The notes under the pieces were generated by a model, which was not told the origin of the DNA, made no database searches, and saw only the letters and a list, made by a program, of their open reading frames with translations. The position numbers were made by a program, and so were the translations under genes. A stretch of DNA of 55,990 nucleotides from a virus. Lineage: Duplodnaviria; Caudoviricetes. Below, in pieces: positions 1 to 11,619 of this stretch. The first letter of the stretch is position 1. Every line of letters begins with the position of its first letter. The stretch is taken from IMG/VR virus record IMGVR_UViG_3300030329_003406, positions 1 to 55,990 of that record; one strand, written 5' to 3'.

Positions 1-98
1 ATGCTTTCCTAGCTTCTCTTGTAGTTATATCAAACCCAGGGTATGGTAGCTCTCCAGGATACATCCTAAAGTAATGTCTAGCTGCATCCCAACCTCTT
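1..98. repeat. Terminal direct repeat, copy 1 (assembly circularity overlap)
   Basis: Bases 1-98 are identical to 55892-55989, and an ORF reads through the junction in frame. Confidence 0.95.
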
Positions 99-2626
99 CC
101 TTCTTCAAATGCTGGGAGTAATTTAGATTTCCATCTACCAACTTCAGTATTTAACTGATACCAATTAAGTCTGTTGCCTGGTTCTTTAGTGAAATCAACA
201 TTACCTAATATAATCTTAGCTAAAGCAGAATTATCTGTATTGAGAACACCTGATACCATTAATCCCCATTTAATAGTACCTACAGTAGGCCCTGATACTT
301 CACTTAAAAGACCATAGGTTTCTTCTTGTCTCTTTTTACTCTTATCTAAAGGAACTAAGATATCATCTTCTATGTTTTTAATTCTCTCTAATGTTTCATT
401 AGGCATTATACCATTAAGATTAAGGTTAGTTAGTACAGATCCTAATTGTAATGCTGCAAATAAACCTGCATATCGATATAGATACATAGCTTCAGATGCA
501 TCCCACTGTCCAACTCTGATAGCATTAACACCACCCCTTATATTCCTAGATTGTTGTTGCATTAAAGACATAGGGTAATGTAATAATTGGAATACCTGTT
601 GTCCAGCTGCACCCATAGCTACTTTAGATGTAACAACCTTATTACCTACAGTATCAACTGCTGGTATACCACGTGCTGCCTTTGGTTTAGCATGTATAGC
701 ATACTCAAATGCATATCTATTAACGAATTCTAACGCCCAGTCCTTAGCTTTAGCTTCAGCTGCAGCATATCCTGTCTTGCCAGCATACTGCAATGTATCT
801 ATATATTCTTTTTGACTAGTATATTGATTATATTTATCTATAAACGCTGTTCTAAACATATGCTTACGAGTAAAATTCTCTGTAAGTCTATGAAAAACAA
901 GAGATTTTTCAATAGTCCAATTACCAGCAGCTTTTAAAGCATCTAAGGCTGGAGATCCTTTGACTGTAAACTCACCCTTGTTCATATCATATCTATAATC
1001 TGCATTATTAATACCTTTAGCTGGTAGCAATCCTTCAGATACAAGTTCAGCAGCAACATCATTAAATAAGAAACCAGATTCTGTTTCAACTTTATCAACT
1101 AATCTTCTCATACTAACAGGTTTACCTTCTTTTGTAACTTGTCCTGTTATTCCATGTAGATACTCTTTATTGGTCCTTAATATCTTACTGAGTCCCATAT
1201 GAGCAGCAGCCATTTGAACACTAGTAGCATTAACAATAGCTCCTGTTAAGTTAAGTCCCATAGTCCTAACAACCTGTATACCCTGTAAAGTTCTGGTTAC
1301 ATTATTAACCCAGTCTGGTCTACTTGTTAATCCTTCAGTAGCTATTTGGAATTCTTCACTAATCCATTTCTCCATGCCTTTTACCCATTCCCCATCTTTT
1401 AATTTGGATTCAGATAAATGTTTCATAGTCTTAAGATAATTAGATTGTATAAAGCTTAGTTTATTGAAACCAATAGCATCTGACGCGTATTGTTGTAGTA
1501 CAAATATAGGATTCTCATTATATAACTGCTTAATCTTAGCATGAGCGGGTCTAGCATGCTCAGGAATAGCTTCATATGTGATAGAGTTTATAGTATCCTC
1601 TAATGTAGATAGCTCTCTATTTTGAGTTCTTCTATCGGAAACATTATTATTCATATATTCTGTCATAACATCTTTCATCTTAACTAGATCGGACATGACA
1701 TGACTAGGTAAATATCCGCCTTCCTTCATACCAATTTTAATTCTTTGAATAGCTTCATTAATAGTTTTATCAAAGTTTCTATACTTCCCATTAGCTTCTA
1801 ATAGCTTCTGATCATTTGTGCCCATATACTTCCATTTAACGGCATCTCTAAGGTATCCAAGGCCATTAATCATAACATTACCCATCTCACCCAGCATAGC
1901 CCTGCTATTCTTTGCAGCTAAATATACATTATCATCATATCTTTGACCATCAGACCTTCTTAAGTTCTTACCTGCAAAAGATTTATTATCTAAAGTCATA
2001 AGCTCTTTAAATTGATTTAATATACTACCATGACCACGCTTATTATCTGCATCTAATGCCTTTACCAAAGCTTCTTCATATTTATGGCGTAAATCTATAT
2101 TGTCATTTTTCTGTAATTCTATTTGGAGTCTTTGAATTTCCTTAAAATGCTTTACTCCTAATGTAAACCTTCCCTGTAATCCAGCCTGTATATAAGCTTC
2201 CCTCATATGATATCCTAAAGCCTTATTATAACCATTAGCTTTACTTAAATTAACACGTTCAAAATTAGTTGCTTTATGTAATTGTTGATAGAAATTTCTA
2301 GCTAATGGATCCTTCCTAGATATACCTTCTGGTACAAAAAAGTAGTCTTCAGTTTTATTATTTATAAATCTTCCAGCTATTTTCTTATCATATTTCTTCA
2401 TTTCTAATTCTAATCTAGCTATCTCTGGTTTAGTTAAAATAAAATTAGGATCTACAGGTTTCTCAAGTATAGCTTCTCCCCACTCTTTAAATAATCTTTC
2501 AGATACTGGACCATCACCATGGATTTTAAAGATATTACCTCTATAATCTTGCCATTTCCTAGTTAAACGATCTATTTCTGATCTATTATTCTCTAAGTCT
2601 GAATCTGCGCATATAAAACTTGTCAT
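1..2626 (-). CDS. Large internal virion/ejection protein, 904 aa when joined across the circular junction (stop at 55803-55805); absent from the ORF track
   Basis: ATG at 2626 overlaps the TAA of the 2996-aa gene (TAATG). The frame MTSFICADSDLENN... stays open to base 1 and continues ...REARKALGLQKKRKSK...EALARL*. Function inferred from position. Confidence 0.8.
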   Translation of the reverse strand, partial: MTSFICADSDLENNRSEIDRLTRKWQDYRGNIFKIHGDGPVSERLFKEWGEAILEKPVDPNFILTKPEIARLELEMKKYDKKIAGRFINNKTEDYFFVPEGISRKDPLARNFYQQLHKATNFERVNLSKANGYNKALGYHMREAYIQAGLQGRFTLGVKHFKEIQRLQIELQKNDNIDLRHKYEEALVKALDADNKRGHGSILNQFKELMTLDNKSFAGKNLRRSDGQRYDDNVYLAAKNSRAMLGEMGNVMINGLGYLRDAVKWKYMGTNDQKLLEANGKYRNFDKTINEAIQRIKIGMKEGGYLPSHVMSDLVKMKDVMTEYMNNNVSDRRTQNRELSTLEDTINSITYEAIPEHARPAHAKIKQLYNENPIFVLQQYASDAIGFNKLSFIQSNYLKTMKHLSESKLKDGEWVKGMEKWISEEFQIATEGLTSRPDWVNNVTRTLQGIQVVRTMGLNLTGAIVNATSVQMAAAHMGLSKILRTNKEYLHGITGQVTKEGKPVSMRRLVDKVETESGFLFNDVAAELVSEGLLPAKGINNADYRYDMNKGEFTVKGSPALDALKAAGNWTIEKSLVFHRLTENFTRKHMFRTAFIDKYNQYTSQKEYIDTLQYAGKTGYAAAEAKAKDWALEFVNRYAFEYAIHAKPKAARGIPAVDTVGNKVVTSKVAMGAAGQQVFQLLHYPMSLMQQQSRNIRGGVNAIRVGQWDASEAMYLYRYAGLFAALQLGSVLTNLNLNGIMPNETLERIKNIEDDILVPLDKSKKRQEETYGLLSEVSGPTVGTIKWGLMVSGVLNTDNSALAKIILGNVDFTKEPGNRLNWYQLNTEVGRWKSKLLPAFEEGRGWDAARHYFRMYPGELPYPGFDITTREARKA

Positions 2627-5600
2627 TATTCACAAACCTTTCTTGATTTCTTAGGCTGCCTTATTTTGTATTTATCTTTACCAGTACCACCCTTCATAGT
2701 ACTAGTCTTCCAGTGCTCAAGTCCGTATCTATTAGCTTGAACTTCAATCCATGGACTATGGAAGCCTGGGCCAAGTAAATTTTTAATAAAAGACATATTC
2801 TCACCAAGCTTATTAAAATTATATTTATTAGTATACATCATTTGATGCCCTGATATAAAGTCATCTACATTTATATCACCACCATCAGCAACTCTTTGCC
2901 ATTCTTTAGCAAATTTATCTGCAATCTTATCTGTACCTTTTGTATTGTAGTAATACCGTAGCATTGTACGTACAAGGCGCTTATTCATGCCATAAAACGG
3001 TAGATCTATTCTCTCTGGACGTTTACCTTCACCTGGCATAGTAACGGTCTTATATCGACCAGTTAATGCAGTTGGTTTAACTATATGATGTAACAGAAAT
3101 TCATATGCATCTTGTTCACCGAGTCCTAATTCTGACAATCTTTCTAACCAACCTCTTCTTTTTCCATCTTTAGTACCATGGAAGAACTCTCTTATAATAG
3201 CTTCCTCTCTAGCTGACGATGCAGACCATTGAAGATTAGCCATATTTCTATCCTTCTGAGTTAAGCTCATAGTATCTCTATAGTTTGTGCTTAATTCCCC
3301 TTTAAGTATACCAACTGAATCTAAAAACTCAAGTCTTAAACTATAATCCCTAAATACAGCTTGTGCATCACCTACTGGGAATGTTAATTTCTGTAAGGCA
3401 TCAGCATACTTAGCTTCAGCAGTATTAACAGACTCTCTTATTGATGGATTCTTTGTCTCTATATAATAATACCCTTCATCCCTTTGATAACTTCTATCAG
3501 AAGATTTATAAGATTTAGGATCTACCCATCCAACTCTTTCAATTTTCTTCCAATCAATTGTACGATCTGCAGCATTAAAAAAGTCAGATCTTACCTTATA
3601 TACATAAACCTTACTTGATGGCTTTGTAGTTTTGGAGAATACCCCAGCAGCTTTCTGTTCAGGACTAAATGTAACAGGCCTTCTTACTCTTTGATTTTTA
3701 GTATCTTTTGCAACTAAGTTTTCATAGTATTGCTTATTAAATGAATCTAACGCTGAAGATATAGCATCTTTACGATCTCTCATCCTTGTAATTTTCTCTG
3801 GGTTAGTAAATCTTTCTTCAGCTAAATATCTTAATTGATTAGCTAAGTTATTATTCTCAACCTCTAATATATTATGCACTAATCCTCTGTTAACAGCGTT
3901 GTCATTATATACGTCTCTCTCAAATTTAACTAAGCTACCATAATTAAAGTCACCATCAGCAATATTCTCTCCAAACAATCTTAAGAATTCAACCCTATTA
4001 ACTATATCATCAACGGCTATACCAGCATTCCTGAAAAGCTTACCATCAGAATTTGTATAATCAGCATATTGAAAATCAGTATAAAACTTTCTATTAACCA
4101 TATCAACTAAACTATTAGCACCTAAATGCTCAGCTGCGCCAATCTTAAGCTTTTGAGTTATACTAGGTTCTTTTGATATATCATCCCTAAAGGCGAATCT
4201 TCTTCTGGTCTGTGGTAATCTCCAAGCTTTACCTGATCGTAACATTTTAATAAAATCTGCTCTTTGTGTTGGATGAGTAATAGCATCAACTTTGTAACCA
4301 TAAAAGAATCCCATCAATTCACTCAATCTCTGCTCTCTTAAAGCTGAATCTGTTATCCTTGAGTACTCTCTAACTAATTTAGAAACTAAAAATTGATCTG
4401 GGTTCGAAAGGAATAATCTTAAATCTTTAACTATAGCCCGTAATTCTGATGGCTCAGGAGGTCTTTTCCCAGCAGTATCATATGTTTCGTTAGTAATGGC
4501 ATTAGTTTTCTTTAATGTTCTAAGTACAATCCTTACAATATCCTTACCTACTGTCTGGTCAGTCCAATGTTGTAAATTTTTCTGCCCTTCATTTTTATCT
4601 GGATTCCATCCCTTTTTAAATACGTTTAACCTGGAAGCATTATGTGTTGTAGGATCCGCTATTTCTCCAGCAACAGCCCTCGAAGGTCTATCCCCTAAAA
4701 CTGAAAAATTAGTAATAGTATTTCTTCCATGCTTAGGATTCATAACCTCAGGTGTAGCTGTATGTACATCTACTCCAGTTTGGGCGGCATACAACATCCT
4801 TAATGCTATGCCAAATTCGTCGCCACCGACCTCTAAGTTTTTGATATTATTTAAATCAAAAATCTCTGTCTTATCTTTAGTATTATGAAACCCAAGTCTA
4901 GTTAAGAAAGATAGTGCACTTCTATTTCCTATATTGGCACCGATAGCTTTCTGCTTTTGATGGACTATAGCTCCATATTTAGAATGCCCTATTTCACCAT
5001 CAACCTCACCAGCAACAAATCTATTCTCATTTAAATTAAAGCCATACTGATTAGATTCATGCCCAGTCTTCATCTCTGCCTTGTATTGCCTAAAATCAAC
5101 TACCCTTCCATTCACTTGTACATCTTCAGATATAGCCCTAAGAGATTTATCTAAATAAACATAAAAGTGATCACCATCATAATCTCTTTGATGAATTATA
5201 CGAGTATCATAATCATTAATCTCTACTAATCCATTCTTATTTTCATTTAAAACTTTCCCAATTCTATGGAATGCTTTATCATAACCTTTAAGTGGTATGG
5301 CTATACCTGATGCCCCCATCTCAAGATTTAATTTATCAAGCTCTACCTTCTTAACACCTGATAGTTTAGATAAGACATATGTCTGCCCATTCTTAGTCAG
5401 TACACCATTCTTTATAAAGTTATGTACTTGCAATGCAGTAAGATTACGAATGGAGTTAATTGATTTTAATACCTTTGAAATTGTTGCTAATTTAGATTTA
5501 TCTGCTTTTGGTATTACAGCTCCAGTATCATCACCACGAACATTATATCCTGCATATTTATCATGCAATGGACTGGTTGTTCTAAAGTTTTTCCCATCAT

Positions 5601-8600
5601 AATTTATTATCACATCAATGCCAGAATCATTATATACGAATGAGTATTTAGATATATCTCTATGCTTAGTTCTATTCATCATATAATGTGATACACCTAT
5701 CTGACCATGCGTAGCGTTAATTCTATCAGTGATAATCTCAGATCCTCTTTCGTTTAAAGGTTTATCTTTGTATAATTTAGCACTTTGAACCTCAACTATA
5801 TTAGGCATAGATAAATCACCCTTTGAATTAGGTATTATGAATGCATCTTCCCCATTCTTTGTTGTAGGCCTTTTTATAAACTCAAAATCTTTGCTTCTAA
5901 TTAACCTGTCAACAGCTGTCTTTAATACAGGATTATCTATACTCATCCTAGATTGTACCATAGCTTTAGCTAAGCCCATAGAACCTTGTGTATATTGAAA
6001 CCCTTGGTCTTCTTTAAGTTGAAATAAATACTCAGCGATCTGTTGTTTAGCTCCAGAATGATCTCTATGGAAATTACTTAGTTTTTCAATAGTTGACTCT
6101 AAACCCTGCCAAGCCCTTAATTCTGCAATATAAGCAGAACTTTGAAGGTCTCCAGTTGAATTAGATATAGTAACACCATCAACTTTCTTACCTGTAAATC
6201 CTATTCCAACAGAAGAAAAGTCAATACTCATTATATTATCCTTTGATATGCTACCTAACTCAGCCATCCAATCACTACTATTCTTTGATATTTTGAGAGC
6301 TTGTATATCTTTACCTGAAAGAGATATGCCAGCCATAGATTTAGCTGCAGATTCTGGCACTAACATATGAACATTCTTAGGTATGTTGATAGCTGGATCA
6401 TAATACAAGAATCCCTTACCTAAGAGATTGTTACCAGCACCTACTGACATTATATAAGGCTTCATGCCATTAAAGTCTTCTATACGACCACCATTAGCTT
6501 CCCATAGATATTTAGCATATTCTTTGCTAATAGGTATACCTCCATCAACACTAGACGATTCGAGACTGTCAAACCTTCCTCTTTCCACATCAGCTCTATG
6601 TTGATTTAAAGATATCTTTTCAAACTCTGAGATATTAGGATCTTTAAGCTTATTATCTATAGCCCTAATAACTCTTTCTTTATTATAAAATGGATCATCA
6701 ACTCCACCCATTGCTTCGTCACGTAATGCTGCTATATTTAATGAATTAGGATCTTTTGCAAACCTTCTAGATAATGCTCTTACATCAGCATCAGCAGTTA
6801 TATCGCCAATATATCTGTTCATATCTTTATTAATAATATTACTTGTACCGCCATCAGCTATATACCCACGCTTATACATATTAGCTAATGTTTTCCTTAC
6901 ATCAATATTTGCTGCATTATCTTTAACCTGGTTAACCATCTTATCAAACTCACCACGCATTGTATGATCGCTATGCATTAATAGCATTTTAAGTTCTAAC
7001 GACCTAGATGAATCTCCCTTTTCCAGAACACCCTCAAACATCTCTTTAAATACATCGCCTAAAGATTTGTTCTTTTTATTATAATAAGATAGCTTTTTAT
7101 TATACCATGCTTCATAATCTTTATTAAGAAGATCTATATTCTTTTGAGAGCCAACAAATAATATTCTAGCCTTAGGAGATAGATTCATAAATGTTAAATA
7201 ATTTGTAGCAGCAGTGGTAACATCATTCCACATTTTAATATCTTTGGCAGTTACTGGCTCACCTGCTGCTAATCTTTCATTAACAAACTCTCTTAAGGCT
7301 CTAGGAGTCATAGTAGAATTATTAATTGCGTTCTGTATATATTTATAAACCCCCTCTGGAGTTACACCACTTGGACCTCCAACTATATCATTGATAGATA
7401 AAGTTCTATCTCTTCCTCCTTCTGTTACTACTAAAGTATTATCAAGAAAGAAGACATCGTATTTAAATTGATCTGCATCTGGTTGATGCTTCCTATTAAA
7501 GAAATCACTATTAGCATTCTTCCTCCCAGTAGCATCACCTACTTCTGTGTTGCCCTTTCTAAATGTCATAGTAGGTACAACCTCTGAATTAGTTAATCTT
7601 AATAGCATGAATTGAGAATCTTTGTCCACCCATTGATCAAAGAGTTCAGTTTTCTCTTTATTGCTTAAATCTTTTATTTCTAAAATCTTAGTCACTCCAT
7701 GATCCACAGCCTCATTAAGCTTACCTTGAGCAACTAAGTCAGCAAATGTCTCATCAACCTTATTAGGATCTTTAAGACTTAATAAATTATACCTCTTCGC
7801 AACTTCCAATGGATTCTTGGATGAACTATGCACAACAGATTGAACTTCTAATTCATTGTATATATTATTAAACTCTGCTGCGTGTGGATCTTTCTCTGCT
7901 CTAGCTTGGGCTATCCTTAAATTAATAGACTCTGCAAGATCCATAAATTTAGTCCAACTCCCAGATTCATTATATGCATTAACTAAATCTTCAAATGGAA
8001 CCTCTTTATCGCCTAGATTTTTAAGCTCTTTCATAAGCTCTTTAGTTAGAGTATTGTAATAATCTTCTGATTCCGATCTACTATATCCCTCTTTTCCAGC
8101 TCTAGTTTTATTTATCAGCTGATTAACTATCCCAATGAATGCATCCTCAGATAACTGGGTATTAGTAATTAATTTATTTATCACCTCATTTACGCTAGGT
8201 ATAGTCTCATCAGCTTTAAATTGCTCAATCCCCTCATCTGGAATTCTTTTCATTCTCTTCTCTATTATTTCCAATTGAGTTAATGCAGTATCAAAAAGCT
8301 CTTGATTTTTATCTCTCATTTCAGACTTCTCAGAGTCTTTATTCCTTGTGGAAAGTATTTCTACTTCATCTTTAATAGTTTTAATCGCTGCTTCATGGTC
8401 ATACCCAGACTTCCCGATATCTTCAGCTAGTCTACCTATATCTAATTGTAATTGGAAGAGTCTCTTATTTAATTTTGACCCCTCAAATTGTATATTTGCT
8501 AATGATTCTTTACCAAAGTTAACAAAATCTTGGAACGATCTATCCTTTAAAGTGCTATGTATACTAGCTATATCAGAAAGATCAAACTTTCTGAATGCAT

Positions 8601-11600
8601 CAGCTGCAGTATTCTCAATTATATAATCAGAAAACTCAATATGCTCTCTACCAATAGCTCTAATAATATTTGTATACATCTCCCCAGCTTTAAGTCTGTC
8701 GCCTTCAGAAGTCTCTGGGCCCAACATTCTCTCTAAGCCTTCCTCTGAAAACATTTTTATTTTACCTTCTTTAGTAATTTCTAGGTTCCATTTATCTCTT
8801 ATCTCTAATACAGTATTAAGTGATCGTCTATCATAGTTCCTAGTTTCCATTACTCTTTTTATAAAATAATCCTTAGCAACACCATCAAAGTTTGCTCTAA
8901 ATTCTACTGGCATTTGCAACCTAAATTTATCAAACTGTTCTGCTAATAACTTTGCATCTTTATAGCTTATCTCAGTTTTGCCTTGTATATTTCTAGATGG
9001 AGCTCCAGCTGTCCATTTCATTAATTCAAATAAAGGAGATAATGAATCTCTTACACTATCAGCACGGTCCCTTACTTCATTTGCTCCCATAGTTTCAAGC
9101 TCTTTATCTGTAAATTTTATCTCATAATCATTAATATTACGTCTATACCTACTGCCATTATCGTTAACTATAAATAATTGATCTGCTGAAATACCAATAG
9201 CTTCATCTGCTACACTTCCAATCTCTTCAGATGTTCTTCTAGTCATTATCTTAAACATCTTATCTAATGCTTCAGATGTCTTTCCAGCTTTAACAAGTTG
9301 CGTGTATGGGTTATTTAGAATATCAAAATTATAGTTACCTACTCCATGTTCTCTGTTTAGAACACCCTTAGTAGATTCTATTATCTCCTCAACGACTTTC
9401 TCTGTATCAGCATTAAATTTATATTTCCTTGTGCTAGCACCTGTTTCTATATAGCCTCTATCAGCAAAGAATTTTACAATATTATGCACATCAGATAAAT
9501 TACTAGCATTATCCCATGTAAAATCATCAATTCTTAATCTTCCATTATTTAATTCTTCAACTTTTAGCCCAGCAGAATCTCTGAACTGTAAAATCATATC
9601 TCTATATACCCTCCATACACCAGCAGCAGTATCTTGAGTTAATCTACTTTGAACACCACCAGCATGAAGGTCTTTAAGTGATGTTCCGTCTTCAAATTTT
9701 AATCCTTTAAGTTGACTTTCAAGCCATGTCAATCCTTCTTTACCTAAAAATCTAGCATCTCTAGGTGTGTATGAACCTTGTATACCAGGGTCCTGCATAG
9801 AAGTTTCCATCATTTTATTTATATCATTTAGCTCAGCAATTAATCTATGCGCTTTCATAGGATCATAATCTTTACTTGTACCAGTAAATGATTTCATATT
9901 AAATGCTTCGTTAAATAGTCTATGTATCTCAGCTCCTACTGGATGCGTATTGATAGAGCTACCAAACTTAGCACTAACATCATTAGCATTATACATTGGG
10001 ATAATATCTTTTAATCCATTACCACTTAATCCTAATAGGTGTAATGTCTCCATTTCTGGAGTAAAGTCAGCCATATACTGATTTAACTCTTGGCGTCCCC
10101 AATGACCTCTACTCTTAGTCATAGCGGCAGACATTAATAAATGTATACCTAATTCTTCTGGATTTAAATCATTAAATGCACCAGTAGAGAATAAACCATA
10201 GTTCATAACAGCTACACCAGCAGCCATACGACCAGAGGATGCCATAAAGTCATAAGCATACTTACCATACCATTCTTTGTTAAGCTTTCTAGCAGTTAAA
10301 TCCCTAACACTGTTCAGTAAAGAATGCACATGGTCCATAGGGACTTCACCTTTATCCATCTTCCTAATTATATCTTCTGCATTTTTATAAGTAGTTTTTC
10401 CTACCTTCCAATGTCTTTTAGCTAACTCTGATGAGTTTAATATATCGAATTTACCACCCTTAAGCATTATCTTTAACAATCCTTTAGTAGCATCTTCTCC
10501 AGCTTCTTCTGTAATTTTTGCATAATTAGACTTACCATAGGTTGCTTTTAATAATCTAACTTTCCTAGCAAGAGATTCGTTTCCACCTCCAGGGAATGCT
10601 CTTATAATAGGAAATGCTAATCCCATTAATAAAGAATGATTTGCTACATGCCCAGCTTCAGCTAAACCAAACTCTTCGCCTCTAGCATGAGCCATAACAG
10701 CTCCACTTATAAGACCATGAGCCCCCATCATCATAACGTCTTGAGATGCCATGCCTAAGTATTTACCTAATACATCTCTTAATGGCCCTGCAGATTCACC
10801 TGCAAACTTAGTAGCAACCCATTCACTTAATTCATTGATATGTTTACCGCTACCCATGTGCTCCATAAAATCGTCCGATATCCTGCTTAAATCGTCTGCA
10901 CCTATGTTCTTTATACCTACATCTTCAAAAGCCTTTTTAATGGCATGCTGTGAGCGTAGAGTAAGCATTTGTAGGCCTTCTCTTCTTTGATCTGCATTAC
11001 CCTTTAGGTTATATATCCATTTTAAACTACCATCATCTGTACCAGTTTTAATTAATCCAAGCTTAACTTTATTATCAAGCTCACTTAACACGGAACTAGT
11101 CTTCTTGCCAGTATTCTTAGCTATCTCAGCAGCAGCTTTAACAACAGCAATAGACTCTTTCTTGCCTTTAACATTGCTTACTGCTTTCCCAGCAGAAGCA
11201 GCACCTCTTTTTATAATACTTTCTACACCCTCTGTAGCTACCTTTCTAGTGACAAGGCTACCAGCCTTACCCATAGCAGCAAAAGGACCAACGATAGGAG
11301 CAAATAATCCAGCAGTTTCACCTATTATTCTCCCAGCTTGACCTAATCTAGATCGTTCTTGACCTTCTTCCATATCAGGTTCAAGATATTCTGTAGCTCC
11401 CCATGATATACCAGACGCAAGACCTAGTCCTGTCTGGCTAATAAAATCCCATGCACTACCCCAATTCTCATCTTTTGAGGCAGAGTCCATAACTTGATCA
11501 AATGTTGGTAGATTAGGAAGAGTAGGATTTACTCTTCTCTCTGTACGTTTGCGGTCTCTTTCGACTCTATTCTTATCTTCTTGTAATTTATCGAAATACC

Positions 11601-11616
11601 TAGTTGGTAAAGGCAT
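2626..11616 (-). CDS. Giant (2996 aa) virion protein containing a putative single-subunit double-psi beta-barrel RNA polymerase
   Basis: Motifs in correct order: VDGGIPISKEYAKYLW (~aa1690), GKGFLYYDP...VPESAAK (~aa1733) and HQRDYDGDHFYVY (D2145-D2149, nt 5170-5184). They resemble QDE-1/RdRP, YonO and crAss-type RNAP motifs. Confidence 0.75.
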   Translation of the reverse strand: MPLPTRYFDKLQEDKNRVERDRKRTERRVNPTLPNLPTFDQVMDSASKDENWGSAWDFISQTGLGLASGISWGATEYLEPDMEEGQERSRLGQAGRIIGETAGLFAPIVGPFAAMGKAGSLVTRKVATEGVESIIKRGAASAGKAVSNVKGKKESIAVVKAAAEIAKNTGKKTSSVLSELDNKVKLGLIKTGTDDGSLKWIYNLKGNADQRREGLQMLTLRSQHAIKKAFEDVGIKNIGADDLSRISDDFMEHMGSGKHINELSEWVATKFAGESAGPLRDVLGKYLGMASQDVMMMGAHGLISGAVMAHARGEEFGLAEAGHVANHSLLMGLAFPIIRAFPGGGNESLARKVRLLKATYGKSNYAKITEEAGEDATKGLLKIMLKGGKFDILNSSELAKRHWKVGKTTYKNAEDIIRKMDKGEVPMDHVHSLLNSVRDLTARKLNKEWYGKYAYDFMASSGRMAAGVAVMNYGLFSTGAFNDLNPEELGIHLLMSAAMTKSRGHWGRQELNQYMADFTPEMETLHLLGLSGNGLKDIIPMYNANDVSAKFGSSINTHPVGAEIHRLFNEAFNMKSFTGTSKDYDPMKAHRLIAELNDINKMMETSMQDPGIQGSYTPRDARFLGKEGLTWLESQLKGLKFEDGTSLKDLHAGGVQSRLTQDTAAGVWRVYRDMILQFRDSAGLKVEELNNGRLRIDDFTWDNASNLSDVHNIVKFFADRGYIETGASTRKYKFNADTEKVVEEIIESTKGVLNREHGVGNYNFDILNNPYTQLVKAGKTSEALDKMFKIMTRRTSEEIGSVADEAIGISADQLFIVNDNGSRYRRNINDYEIKFTDKELETMGANEVRDRADSVRDSLSPLFELMKWTAGAPSRNIQGKTEISYKDAKLLAEQFDKFRLQMPVEFRANFDGVAKDYFIKRVMETRNYDRRSLNTVLEIRDKWNLEITKEGKIKMFSEEGLERMLGPETSEGDRLKAGEMYTNIIRAIGREHIEFSDYIIENTAADAFRKFDLSDIASIHSTLKDRSFQDFVNFGKESLANIQFEGSKLNKRLFQLQLDIGRLAEDIGKSGYDHEAAIKTIKDEVEILSTRNKDSEKSEMRDKNQELFDTALTQLEIIEKRMKRIPDEGIEQFKADETIPSVNEVINKLITNTQLSEDAFIGIVNQLINKTRAGKEGYSRSESEDYYNTLTKELMKELKNLGDKEVPFEDLVNAYNESGSWTKFMDLAESINLRIAQARAEKDPHAAEFNNIYNELEVQSVVHSSSKNPLEVAKRYNLLSLKDPNKVDETFADLVAQGKLNEAVDHGVTKILEIKDLSNKEKTELFDQWVDKDSQFMLLRLTNSEVVPTMTFRKGNTEVGDATGRKNANSDFFNRKHQPDADQFKYDVFFLDNTLVVTEGGRDRTLSINDIVGGPSGVTPEGVYKYIQNAINNSTMTPRALREFVNERLAAGEPVTAKDIKMWNDVTTAATNYLTFMNLSPKARILFVGSQKNIDLLNKDYEAWYNKKLSYYNKKNKSLGDVFKEMFEGVLEKGDSSRSLELKMLLMHSDHTMRGEFDKMVNQVKDNAANIDVRKTLANMYKRGYIADGGTSNIINKDMNRYIGDITADADVRALSRRFAKDPNSLNIAALRDEAMGGVDDPFYNKERVIRAIDNKLKDPNISEFEKISLNQHRADVERGRFDSLESSSVDGGIPISKEYAKYLWEANGGRIEDFNGMKPYIMSVGAGNNLLGKGFLYYDPAINIPKNVHMLVPESAAKSMAGISLSGKDIQALKISKNSSDWMAELGSISKDNIMSIDFSSVGIGFTGKKVDGVTISNSTGDLQSSAYIAELRAWQGLESTIEKLSNFHRDHSGAKQQIAEYLFQLKEDQGFQYTQGSMGLAKAMVQSRMSIDNPVLKTAVDRLIRSKDFEFIKRPTTKNGEDAFIIPNSKGDLSMPNIVEVQSAKLYKDKPLNERGSEIITDRINATHGQIGVSHYMMNRTKHRDISKYSFVYNDSGIDVIINYDGKNFRTTSPLHDKYAGYNVRGDDTGAVIPKADKSKLATISKVLKSINSIRNLTALQVHNFIKNGVLTKNGQTYVLSKLSGVKKVELDKLNLEMGASGIAIPLKGYDKAFHRIGKVLNENKNGLVEINDYDTRIIHQRDYDGDHFYVYLDKSLRAISEDVQVNGRVVDFRQYKAEMKTGHESNQYGFNLNENRFVAGEVDGEIGHSKYGAIVHQKQKAIGANIGNRSALSFLTRLGFHNTKDKTEIFDLNNIKNLEVGGDEFGIALRMLYAAQTGVDVHTATPEVMNPKHGRNTITNFSVLGDRPSRAVAGEIADPTTHNASRLNVFKKGWNPDKNEGQKNLQHWTDQTVGKDIVRIVLRTLKKTNAITNETYDTAGKRPPEPSELRAIVKDLRLFLSNPDQFLVSKLVREYSRITDSALREQRLSELMGFFYGYKVDAITHPTQRADFIKMLRSGKAWRLPQTRRRFAFRDDISKEPSITQKLKIGAAEHLGANSLVDMVNRKFYTDFQYADYTNSDGKLFRNAGIAVDDIVNRVEFLRLFGENIADGDFNYGSLVKFERDVYNDNAVNRGLVHNILEVENNNLANQLRYLAEERFTNPEKITRMRDRKDAISSALDSFNKQYYENLVAKDTKNQRVRRPVTFSPEQKAAGVFSKTTKPSSKVYVYKVRSDFFNAADRTIDWKKIERVGWVDPKSYKSSDRSYQRDEGYYYIETKNPSIRESVNTAEAKYADALQKLTFPVGDAQAVFRDYSLRLEFLDSVGILKGELSTNYRDTMSLTQKDRNMANLQWSASSAREEAIIREFFHGTKDGKRRGWLERLSELGLGEQDAYEFLLHHIVKPTALTGRYKTVTMPGEGKRPERIDLPFYGMNKRLVRTMLRYYYNTKGTDKIADKFAKEWQRVADGGDINVDDFISGHQMMYTNKYNFNKLGENMSFIKNLLGPGFHSPWIEVQANRYGLEHWKTSTMKGGTGKDKYKIRQPKKSRKVCE

Positions 11617-11619
11617 TAT

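Noticed and set aside
1-98. Terminal repeat as a biological DTR
   Set aside because: It lies mid-gene and its length fits an assembler k-mer overlap, so it indicates circularity only.
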